From Trypethelium eluteriae (lineage: Eukaryota): a DNA stretch of 64,000 bases. Shown here one piece after another: positions 49,188 to 60,000 of the stretch. Under the pieces are notes generated by a model that made no database searches, was not told the origin of the DNA, and worked only from the letters and a program-made list of their open reading frames with translations. The DNA is taken from positions 1 to 64,000 of the forward strand of contig JAVECL010000055.1 in NCBI GenBank assembly GCA_051942245.1, written 5' to 3'. The number at the start of each line of letters is the position of its first letter. Position 1 is the first letter of the stretch. The translations under genes were made by a program, and so were the position numbers.

Positions 49188-51432
49188 ATGAATGATCTAC
49201 TGCCTAATGCAACGGGGCTTGAAGAGTGGGTACAACTGAGGTGACGCCTTTGCGATCTACTATTATTTTCTAATACCTGTTTTGGAATGGGAATGTCGAA
49301 TGATCTGGACTGGAAGAGCAATGACTGATTGACTTCATTGTCTAAAGATTTTTACTCTGTTTTCCATATATTTATTTTTTGTCCTTTTTGCGGTTCTTTG
49401 GATTTTGTCTGGTTTTATTCCGAAGCGAGAATACCCTTTGTGTTGGTTGGAGATTTTCATGCCTGGCATATCCACAATGGAAGTTGTTGGAGCGATTTAT
49501 GGCAAAGTAGAGATTTGGTGGGATTGGATGTTTTTTTTTGGTGCGAGCATATGGATTTGTCGCGCATATGAGATGAGTAGGATCCATTGGTCCTTTTCCA
49601 CATTGGATGAACCGATGGGCTGCTTCAGCATAGCATTGTAGTTTCAGATACCCTCTTGTTTCAGTATTATCGGAGTGGTTAGCGTCTCCTGATACTACAT
49701 GAGTCACAGTTAATGATCCTCGATGATTTAGCCGACTAAGTGGTCATGCACCTGTCTAATTGGGAGAAGTGAAGAGCGTCAAGATGTCTTCCCGACTTTC
49801 CAGACCCAAAATAAACTCGAAATTACAATTCACTCTCCGTGGAGGCGTCCGGTGTATCTTGACCTCGAGTTCTGGGTTTTGCTTGGCTTCTCATGGCTGA
49901 AGCAACTTCCGTGGATTTCAATGCTTCTAGTCTTATTGATAAATCTCCGAGGTGACCCACAGCATGAAGGAGCGGAGTTTTCTTAGATGAAACTTTTCTA
50001 GTCCCTCGATTCCGAATTTTCCATTTTCATAGCAGGTGGAGTAAGCAGGTCTCGAGCAGATTGATCAAGGCGGGAAGTCATACTGGACGATCATTGTGCT
50101 AAAGTTCTTTGTCCACAGGCCTATCGTTGCGATAGATGCACCAGGATCGTGCAAGCATCCGCAGGCCAGCGCAAAAGGTTCTGCCCTATGAGACACACCG
50201 ATTTGACTGCATTAGGCAGTGGTAAGGTTTCAATGTCAAAATGGTAAGCAAATGGTATTGCTTGGATGCTCATATTTCTCACATTGCATTACCTGGGAAG
50301 CCCCAGACTTAAACGCACTCTGCGACATGAGCCACTAGGTAAGCTGGGTCGAGCCTTCTCAGCCAGAGACGAATCACCATTGGAAACGTATCAATAATTG
50401 CGAGCGGTATGGCGGTATGGACTGTGGACCTCGGCTCTAAGGCAAGGTGCGGCGACTCGGATGCACGTCGACTCGCCCGAGCTAATTTGTGGCCTGAGCA
50501 CTGCAAGATAAGCTTTTCGTTCCGATGAAGAATGAAATGCATCTGCGGCTAATTTAGAGTGCTGGAGTCTCCGTGGGACTGGCCGTGGTATTGGGACTGG
50601 CTGAGCTGCCACGGACGCAGCTTTGGTGTAGGTCCAAAAATGAAAGGTGCACCGAGTAGGTCTTCTAACTCTTCCAGCAACACTAAATACAAATCAAAGT
50701 CCATACATGGGGGCACTGAACTTGCGCTGGGACGAGTATCTATCTTTTAGTCAACGATAAACTTAAAGATCTGTCAAGCTGTTTGAGGTAGGTTGCAATA
50801 TTCGACGCCTCCAAGATGAGGATCTCTGCGATAAACATTTTCGATCTGCTCGAAAAGTGGAACTGTTGAACCTCAGACTCAAGAACGTAGGATATGCTGA
50901 CATGGAAGATAGACACCTGCTGGTTCGCTTATTGATTCAAGCCATAGTGCAGACGGTGCATATGTCAAGCTATAAATAGCTAGGGCGGAATCGAATCCCT
51001 TGTCAAAAGAATTCTCGTTTGAGGGTCTGAGTTTACTGAGATAAATCAATCCAGAATGATGCCATCCACATGCGACCGGCTACATGGTTTGTACAAGTAT
51101 AAGCGAGAAGATGCTATCGAAATCGTTCTGATAAAGTTAATCTTCGGAACAGTTCTGCAGCATGCCATGCAACCCGCCCCGATGGTCGATGTCGTGTGAT
51201 AGCCACGATGCAATAAAGCCGAGGCCAATAGCTGCCAGAAAATTGAATCTCTAGTCAGGACAAGATCTGCGGGTCAATATGGAGACTGAGGGAGCTGCAA
51301 CTGATCGAGAGCTGCCGGTCTACAGAGCAATCGTTTCGTTAGATCTCGACAAAAGACAGGCACCTCACTCAAGAGGTCTTAAATCAATACTTGCACGCTA
51401 CCCCAAATCAACTTGGCAACTCATAGTCAGTC

Positions 51433-52458
51433 ATGGCAACTACAGAAATTTCGCAGCAAGCTCCAGCCGGTCGTCTTGCTGACAAGGTCGCCATCATCAC
51501 GGGCGCATCATCTGGTCTTGGCCGAGCCATTGCACTGGCTTATTCTCGTGAGGGCGCGAAGGTTGTCTGCGCTGATTTACGAGAAGATGCTCGTTCTCAG
51601 ATCAAGACCGAGACGATGATATCTACAGTGCAACTGTTACAGAAGGAGGCAGGGAAAGATCGCGTCATTTTTTGCAAGACTGATGTCAGCAAAGCCGAGG
51701 AGATAGAGGCCTTGGTGGAAAAGGCTGTGGAAACTTTTGGACGTCTGGATGTGTAATAAGACAACTCTTCTTTTCAAGGAAAGCCGGATCTTACTAACTG
51801 TCCGCAGCATGGTTAACAATGCCGGAATCGCGCCTGAGCCAACATTCATGCACAGAGCGACGGAGGAACAGTGGGATCTCGTGATGAACGTCAACGCCCG
51901 CTCGGTATTCCTAGGCTGCAAATACGCAATCTCTCAAATGTTGAAGCAGCTACCGCACTCAAGCGGCGACCGTGGATGGATCGTAAACATGTCATCATGC
52001 GCTGGAATAGTCGGTCTGCCCAGGACACGTAAGTTGGGCCTTGATTCGATTGATTATAGACCCACTTCTTGAGATCGGACTAATTTGTCGGTGCTGTAGC
52101 AACTTACTCTGCCGCAAAGGGTGCTGTGGTTTCAATGACAAGACAAGTAGCAGTAGACTACGCAAGGCATCGAATTCATTGCAATGTACTGTGCCCAGGC
52201 TGTGAGTAACATAGCAATCCCGATCAAATGATTCTGGATCAGTCATTAATTGAAATAGATACACAAACGGCCATACTCGCAGACACATTCTCACAACTCC
52301 CTGCCGGGTCATCCGTAGCTCTCGGAGCTATGCATCCCTTCAAAGGTCTCGGTTCCGCTGAGGACATAGCTGGTCCGGCCGTCTTCTTGGCCAGTAAAGA
52401 TGCACAATGGGCCACAGGAGTAGTGATGCCAATCGATGGCGGCTATAGTGCACAGTAG
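51433..52458 (+). CDS. Classical short-chain dehydrogenase/reductase, about 280 aa
   Basis: Exons 51433-51752, 51808-52028, 52100-52201, 52259-52458. [16 protein letters not shown], catalytic YSAAK, CPG, DGGYSA. Confidence 0.93.
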
Positions 52459-53066
52459 GCCGACCACAAAATGTGAATTGAGCATTTGGTTTTGCATGTA
52501 ACCAAATTTTTGCACGTGTCCCTGTTATCTGGATAGAGTAGACCGTTCATTGATGCGCATTTCTCATTCAACGCTGGCCATATATGCGTGTGGATTCGGC
52601 TAAGCATGGATGTTAGATCATTCGACCAATGCTATCCTTACATCAAGTCAATCCTTAACAATTGCTTCATATTGCGCAAGATCCTCCATATCACGGGCGT
52701 AGGAAAGGAATTTTAGAGCAGAGTTCTTTTGGCGCTTTGACCAGCTGAGGAAGATTGGCCTCTATGCCTCACGACAAACTCAACCGTCTAAAATTCGAAC
52801 ACTGTCGATATCCAATGTTTCGTTCTGTTTGCAATTGAATGCTAAATGGTTCAATGTCGCAAGCTGCGTAGACCTTGATATGCAATCAATAAGGTAGGAG
52901 TTAAGAAGTTCTGATAACCCAATTGCGGACGAGACCGGACAAGCAGCAGGGTGGTGAAGTGCGTCACACCACATATGCTAAGAGTCAGAGCTATCAAATT
53001 TCTTACCATGAAAAGACGTTTCTCTTCCTTCCACCCATCGATTTGCTTGCTATTCGTGCTACGCAA

Positions 53067-54595
53067 ATGGCGCTGAACGACCTGCTTGTGAGCCTTGTAG
53101 ATGCGATTCCTGCACTTCCAATTTTCACTCTCATCTCTGCCCAGCTTCTACTCCTCATATTTACGATCGGAATCTATACAATCTATTTTCATCCCCTCTC
53201 CCACATCCCTGGTCCCCTCATTTCTAAGCTTACCTCCCTCTGGATCTACTACCACAGCTACATTGGCGACGAGCCAGCCCTGATCGATCGTCTTCACCAA
53301 ATTTACGGGCCCATCGTCCGGGTCTGCCCCAATGAAGTCGACATCTCGGACGGCAATGCACTGAACCCAATTTACGTTTCCGCCGGCGGCTTTGGCAAAG
53401 CCCCCTGCTACGCCAACTACGACATTGACGCCCACCCGACCATCTTCTCTGCGCTGAACCTTGCGCACCGCTCCCCGCGGGCAAAAGCTGTGTTGCCGTT
53501 GTTTGCGCCTGCGAGCATCCGCGCGAGCACGGATGTGTTGAAGGAATGTGTGGAGCGTTTCGTTGAGCGATTAAAGCTGGAGGCGCGGTCAGGGAAACCG
53601 GTGAATGTGCTAAATTTGAGTCGGAGTTTGGCGCTGGACGTGGTATCGGCGTACCTCTTCAGTGAGAGCTATGGAGGGGTGAAGGAGGCGGGCGAAGAGT
53701 TGAGTGCGAGTCGGTTTGTGGATGCATTTGTCGCGGTGGGAAGGTTCTTCTATTTGCCTACGTGGGCCTTTGTGGTTGCAGAAGCGATAACAGCAAGGCT
53801 GTATCCGAGTACGAATAAGGTTGCTGACGTGAGCATAGCGCGGGTAGAAGGGTTCGTGGGAAAGTTAGTGGAAGAGGCGGTTCAGGGAGAAAGGAAGGGG
53901 TCCTATCAAGAGAGAATGTTGAAAGCGGGTGTTGCGAAGGACGAGGTAGAATCGCAATGTAAGGACGTGATATTCGCTGGGACGGACTCAACCGGGATGA
54001 ACTTAGGGACGATATGTTGGAGTCTAGTGCAGAATCCAGAACAGTTCGTTCACCTCTACCCGGTCCACTTTGCTCTAGAGAAAGGCTAACTCGGTAAAGA
54101 TACGAGAAACTACGCAGAGAAATACTAGAAGCTAAAGAAGCCACCCCAGATGCCGACCCTCAGACTCTACCCTATCTCCGCGCAGTTGTGAAGGAGGGTC
54201 TCCGCGTGTCGATGGCAAATCCGACCCGTCTTCCCCGTATTGTCCCGTCAACCGGCTGGACCTTCAAACATGTCTTCCTTCCTCCAGGGACTATTGTTTC
54301 CTGCCAAATGTATAGCCTCCATTTCAACCCCACCATTTTTCCACAGCCATCCAAGTTCCAGCCTGAAAGGTGGCTAGACCCAAGTGCGGAAATGCTGAGG
54401 GATCATATACCGTTCGGGATCGGCACGCGTCAGTGCATTGCACGCAATCTTGCCAGTGCTAACTTGTTCATGAGTGTGCAAAAAATTGTGGAGGACGACT
54501 GCCTTAGGGGTGCTAGCGTGACACGAAGTAGTATAGAAAGGCTATATTGGTTCAATTCAAAGGCCAGTGAGGGGAAGATTGAGTTGGTTTGGTGA
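53067..54595 (+). CDS. Cytochrome P450, about 490 aa
   Basis: Exons 53067-54043 and 54100-54595. N-terminal anchor, HPLSHIPGP, AGTDST I-helix, EGLR, PERW, heme motif FGIGTRQCIA. Confidence 0.95.
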
Positions 54596-55000
54596 AAGGT
54601 CATGACGGATGTACAAATTGAATAGCTCAATGTGATCACCTCGCAATAAATAAGATCCGCTTAGGTATATTCAGCTAGAGGAGAAGAAGAAATCGGTATA
54701 GCCCCCGGTCTGTAAGGCGCTGAAAGTGAAAACTCACAGTGGGCGAAAAAATACATGCTTTACATCAGAACCGCATATACGCAAACATGACCCCTTTTTA
54801 CGTCGACCAGGAATCGCAGGCTGAGCTAGCTGACACTCGATGCTGGCGGAGATGCTGTCACTAGACTCAGCCAACCGGCGATATCTACCTAAGGTCTACG
54901 GGATAGAGGTAGCACAGTAGGTACAGACTGATACGATCACTCAATTCAGAACTTCGTCGGCGGAGGTTTCGGAGCGGTCTCGGTGGTTGGATCACTGGCC

Positions 55001-55026
55001 TAGCCACAGTTAGCCACCTGTGGCTG
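55001..55026. promoter_or_regulatory. Cluster of PACE/Rpn4-like GTGGC cores upstream of PRE10
   Basis: TTAGCCACC at 55010-55018 (reverse complement GGTGGCTAA), flanked by TAGCCACAG and CTGTGGCTG, about 150 nt before the ATG. Confidence 0.45.
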
Positions 55027-55163
55027 ACACCTCTCGGACGCGCATCGTCGTGACAGCCTGAAGCTGCAATAACTGTCCCTTCAACTGCCTTCGCCCGTGA
55101 ACTTCTTCTCATTTCCCTGCAGACTCTCCACTTGACAGATCAATCAGGTCTGCTTGTCCCGCC

Positions 55164-56187
55164 ATGGTAAGTTCAGAACTTATCGTATTATCTCAAAAGT
55201 CCTTGCAAAGCCCCTTGTCTTTCTTGAAGGCTGACTAGAGCTTCCGGTTAGACGTCGATTGGCACAGGCTATGATCTTTCCAATTCAGTCTTCTCTCCGG
55301 ATGGCCGAAACTTTCAGGTTGAGTACGCAGTCAAAGCAGTCGAGAATGGAGGGACAGCCATAGGCATAAGATGCAAGGATGGAGTCGTGCTCGCTCTCGA
55401 GAAGCTCATCCACAGTCGATTACTCAAAAAGGATGCGAACAAGCGAATAGCGACAGTCGACCGCAAAGTGGGTGTCGTTTCTGCCGGACTACTACCCGAT
55501 GGCCGCCATTTCGTATCCCGCGCACGAGATGAGGCTGCACAATGGCGAAGCATCTACAAATCACCGATACCTACATCGTCCCTTGCTGATCGTATGGGAG
55601 GTTATGTCCAAGCTTATACACTCTACTCAAGCGTGCGACCCTTCGGTGTGACCGCCATTGTCGGTGGATGGGACTCTGAAGCAGAGCTTGGAGTGGATGG
55701 CCAAGTCGGCTCAGGACCAAAAGTTGGTGCAGGAGGCAAGCGAGAAGGCGCAAAATCTGGAGGCCCGTATCTATATATGATCGAACCGAGTGGACTATAC
55801 TGGGTAAGTTCTATTTGTTTGGACGAGTATGCTTTTCTATGCGCCTAACGTTATCAGGGCTATTATGGCGCGGCTACGGGAAAGGGCAGACAGGCTGCAA
55901 AGGCTGAGCTTGAGAAGCTTAACCTTGCGGACGGGGAGATATCGCTTGAGCAGGGCGTTAAGGAGGCGGCTCGCATCATTTATGTCGCGCACGAGGACAG
56001 CAAGGATAAGGAATTTGAGCTTGAGATGACCTGGGTCAGCTCACTGGAGGGACCAACAAAGGGACATCACCAGGAGGTACCGAAGGCGCTAAGGGAAGAG
56101 GCCGAGAGGTTGGCCAAGAAATCTTTGGAACCGGAGGATGAAGAAGAAGAAGCAAGGGTAGAGGGAGGTGATAGAATGGAAGAGTAG
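55164..56187 (+). CDS. PRE10: 20S proteasome subunit alpha-7, about 294 aa
   Basis: Exons 55164-55166 (ATG only), 55252-55803, 55858-56187. MTSIGTGYDLSNSVFSPDGRNFQVEYA, YTLYSSVRPFG, HEDSKDKEFELEM. Confidence 0.97.
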
Positions 56188-56840
56188 TACTCACCTGTGC
56201 CAAGGGTGCTGTGAGTACTGCATGTCAACATACAAGGACGCCAAACCCGGCCGACCCGTATACTGTACTAATAGCGAATATTGCAAACAACTACATCGGC
56301 CGATGGCTTCATCTTGGGGGTTTGCAGAAAAGACTTCCCCATGTGCATGCTACTCTCTTCCCATCCTTTCACTCCGCAACGAATCCAAAAATGAGATCGA
56401 AGGCATAGACTAATAATTCCACCTGACGTCCGTCTAGACTCTCTCATCTAAGATATTGCTAACTGTAACTCGCGGAATGGCCGTTATGTACAGACAAACG
56501 TATATAAGATGTAGTGTAAGAGAAGCAAAATTAAGGGGTTCATCGAGATTGAGGATACGTAAACTACCTACCTAGAGTAGTAGTATGACCTCGAAAAATC
56601 CCCGAAAGTCTTTGCGACCCAGCAGTATTTTGGTGAACTCGAGTCAATAGATTACACCTGCATATAAATTTACCTTACTAGACCCTTACCTTACTTATTA
56701 GGTTCCAATCCAGACGGGTACGGACCGAAGCCGTACCTGCATTTTGAGATTAGCGAAGGATCAAAGGCCATCGTCTCAAGGTACGGTAACGTCATCAAGC
56801 GTTTGCCTTACTCTCATATTTCTGAAGTGAAGAACTCTAG

Positions 56841-56849
56841 GTTGCCACC
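56841..56849 (-). promoter_or_regulatory. PACE-like element GGTGGCAAC upstream of ECM29
   Basis: 8/9 match to the yeast Rpn4 site GGTGGCAAA, about 185 nt upstream of the ECM29 ATG. Confidence 0.5.
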
Positions 56850-57031
56850 ACGACGCACACATCACTGCCTAGCCATAACACCACATGTTGCTGAATAATA
56901 CGGCGCGTAGCATAGCGTGATCGAGCACCATCAACAATGTGCAATGTAAAGTTCTTCGTCACTTCTCAGTCCGACTTCTCTTTTGTTCTTGTCAGGCCAA
57001 TCTCGACGTCAGGTTCATCTCCTCCACGACC

Positions 57032-60000
57032 ATGGCATCGACACAACAATCTCCAGAAGCCAGAGAGCTCTCTCTTGTGGGCAAAGTGGAGTTGAGAATC
57101 GCCTTGGCAAATACAGATACCCAGTTACAAGACCTCCTGAATACCTACCTTGCTCCGTTACTCCTCAAACTCGCATCGGAGCATCGTGCGGTACGGGATA
57201 AAGTCATCACTATTTGCCACCACATCAAGAGTCGGATCCAACCACCTTCTATCAAGCTTCCAGTTTCGGCGCTATTGAAGCAGTTCAAAGAACACTCGCA
57301 TAAGCCACTTGTCCGCCAGTTTGATCTGCAGTACATTCAGCAAGGTCTTTCACGGCTATCGAGATCCGAACAAGTCGATCTGTTGCCCGACTTAATTCAC
57401 GGCATCGCGAGAACCTCAACATCATCTCTAGAACATGCATCGCAGATTTTCTTCCTGCTCTTACGGGTAATGACACAATATGATCTACCTCCGAGGGAAT
57501 CGAACCAGGATCGAGAGCTACAAAGCCAACTTCAAGTTGCTGAGGAAGATGTAGATTTCCTCAGACGCCGTTTCGGTGATCTTATCCTTTTCAATCCAAC
57601 ACCCACCAAGAGTGTCCCAGGCCTTACTGCGGACGAATATAAATTTCTAGATTCCGAAGAAAGGCCTCAAACTTGGGATCAAAAGTCTGGAGGAGGGCTT
57701 AATCTCGCAGAAACGAAGTACATGATCTGCCAATGGCTTACGAGCGATATCTTCACCCATGATCAACGCCTCGTACCGGCCTTATTCGCCTCCGCAGACG
57801 CCAACCCGCGAGTATCAGAGCTCGGAGATGACCTATTGAAACGAACGCTTCCAAATATCAACCTCGAGGATGAGGCGCTCATCAATGTACTTTTTGGCTT
57901 TTATTTTGGTGGTCCAGTGACCTCGCCAGCGCGCGCCCCATTACGAATCAAAATCTTGACTCTCATCAGTAAGTCTCTCCTCAGTACTACTTTTGCCGAT
58001 AAGATCGTGCAATTGGTCGAGGACGGACTTCTGAGCGAACAAGTCGAGAGGATCATGGTGCGTGGTCGAGAGACTACGAAGATGCGAACCGCAATTTTCA
58101 ACTACATCAATTTCGTCGCGCGACAAGGCACTGGTTCCAGTACGCGAGCGGTAGCACATAAGCTAGTGTATGCTCTCAAAGACTTCATCGAAACCCAAGG
58201 GTGGCCTGTCGCTAACCCCGGAGAGGATTGTGCACTTCGAGGTCTTGGTTACGAGATCATAGGATTGTTTCTAAAGGCCGGTCCTCCCGAGCTATTGCAG
58301 GAGGAGAATCTCGAGTTACTCCGCTGGCTGTTCCGATCTCTACGAGAGGATAACTCGGGAAACAGTACGTCCGTGAGCCTGGAAGAGACATTGTCTACCC
58401 TTATGGGTGCTTTCAGCCACGTTGAAGATCGAGACGTTGAAGATAGTCTACGACAGTTTCTTCTCGAGCAAATGAACGACCTCGATCAGTCAGATAATGC
58501 CGCCGCAAGATTAGGCAAGCCTTCTTTCAGTCGAAGCACACGTTACATCACCGTTCGTTTTGCCAATCGATGCCTCCCATATCATGATGTCGTCGCTCGA
58601 TGGGTCGATGTTCTTGCTCTTGAGCATGGCAGCCAGGAGAGACATGAAGTCATCGAAGAAGCAAAGAAAGGCCTAGACCCTTATTGGCACCTAATGAACC
58701 AAAGCTGGGACGAGCGTTCGAATAGATCGGGTGATGTGAACCAGCCTCAAGAATTAAGATTCCCCGACTTTTCAAGTACTGCATCCTTCTTTCTGGGACT
58801 CGTTGATCATCAAAACCTTCCAGCTGCTGATTGCTACCAAGAAAGTCCTGGTTCCGCTGCCGCACTACAAGGACGTCAACCAGCCGCGTGTTCAGCGGCT
58901 GTGAGATTTTGCCGACAGATGCTGGTTGTGGAAGCAATGACTGCGTCCGAGGAGCCCAACATCAGCATTAACGCGGACTGGGAGCGTAAAGTGGACTTGA
59001 CCGTTGCAACCAGCGGAGCTGCAAGATTGGCCATTTTAAAGGCTCTGCGAGTTGCCGAGGAGAGCGAATCTAAGAACCACCATCCAGTATTGGAGCTTCT
59101 CAAGGCCTCGTCTCAATGTTTCCAGAAATTCGAGGGTAGCTCACCGGGTTTCGCAGATTGTCGTCGACAGTGTGGAGAGATCTTCATCGAGCTATGCTCT
59201 TTAAGCTCGAATGCCTTTCTTTCTCCCATCATTTCTGTTGCATTAAACTTAGAGAGGCAGATAGAGGCAAACGATCCACAAACGCGGGCACTAGCAGCCC
59301 AGGCATTTGGGATTCTGGCCACGCATGAACGGAGTCATTGGTCCCGAGTTTTTGACGTTCTTCACGGTCTCCAGAAAACATGCCAGATAAGCAGCACAGC
59401 AGTTGGAGCACAAGTCAATAAGATCCATGGAGCTCTCCTTGCGCTCGGCTTTTTCTTCAGTCGTCTGTCGTTTCGCCGCGGCGAGGCTCATGAGGAAAAC
59501 TGGTTTCAACAAAATTTTGATCAATTTCTCAAGGTCCTCTTCGCAATTGTGCAAAAGTCGAAGGACGCACTGCTACTAGATGCCACTTTTACCGCTCTTG
59601 ACCAAGTTGCTTTGTTTCATGCTATTACGCCGGAGATGATCTCGAAATACGTCAGTCTTGAAGAACTGGTTCTGAAGGTTGCAAACACCGCCAAATCAGG
59701 GAACGAGAAAGCAATCGCCTGTTTAGCTCATCTTGCAATGGTGATTGAAGGTAAGGACGAAAGTGAGAAGGCGTACGTGAAGAGCATCGAGGAATCCTTG
59801 CATGACCTGCATGAAATCAAACAGACAGAAAGTCAATTCGCCGTAGGAGAAGCTTTGAGTTGTCTGGCTTGTGGGTGGGACTCCAAGGCTCTGGCAACGA
59901 AGATCGACGTGGAAGCAAGCGTTCCAGAAATTTCGAAACGCTATCAGTCGGCACTGCCGCAAATCATTGATAGGACGCTTGAGGACTGCCGCCAGACTAA

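Noticed and set aside
56939..57031. GTG-initiated N-terminal extension of ECM29 in the ORF track (similar extensions for the P450 at 52923 and the 2OG oxygenase at 40840)
   Set aside because: Family-typical N-termini begin at the downstream ATGs (57032, 53067, 40711), which have good Kozak context.
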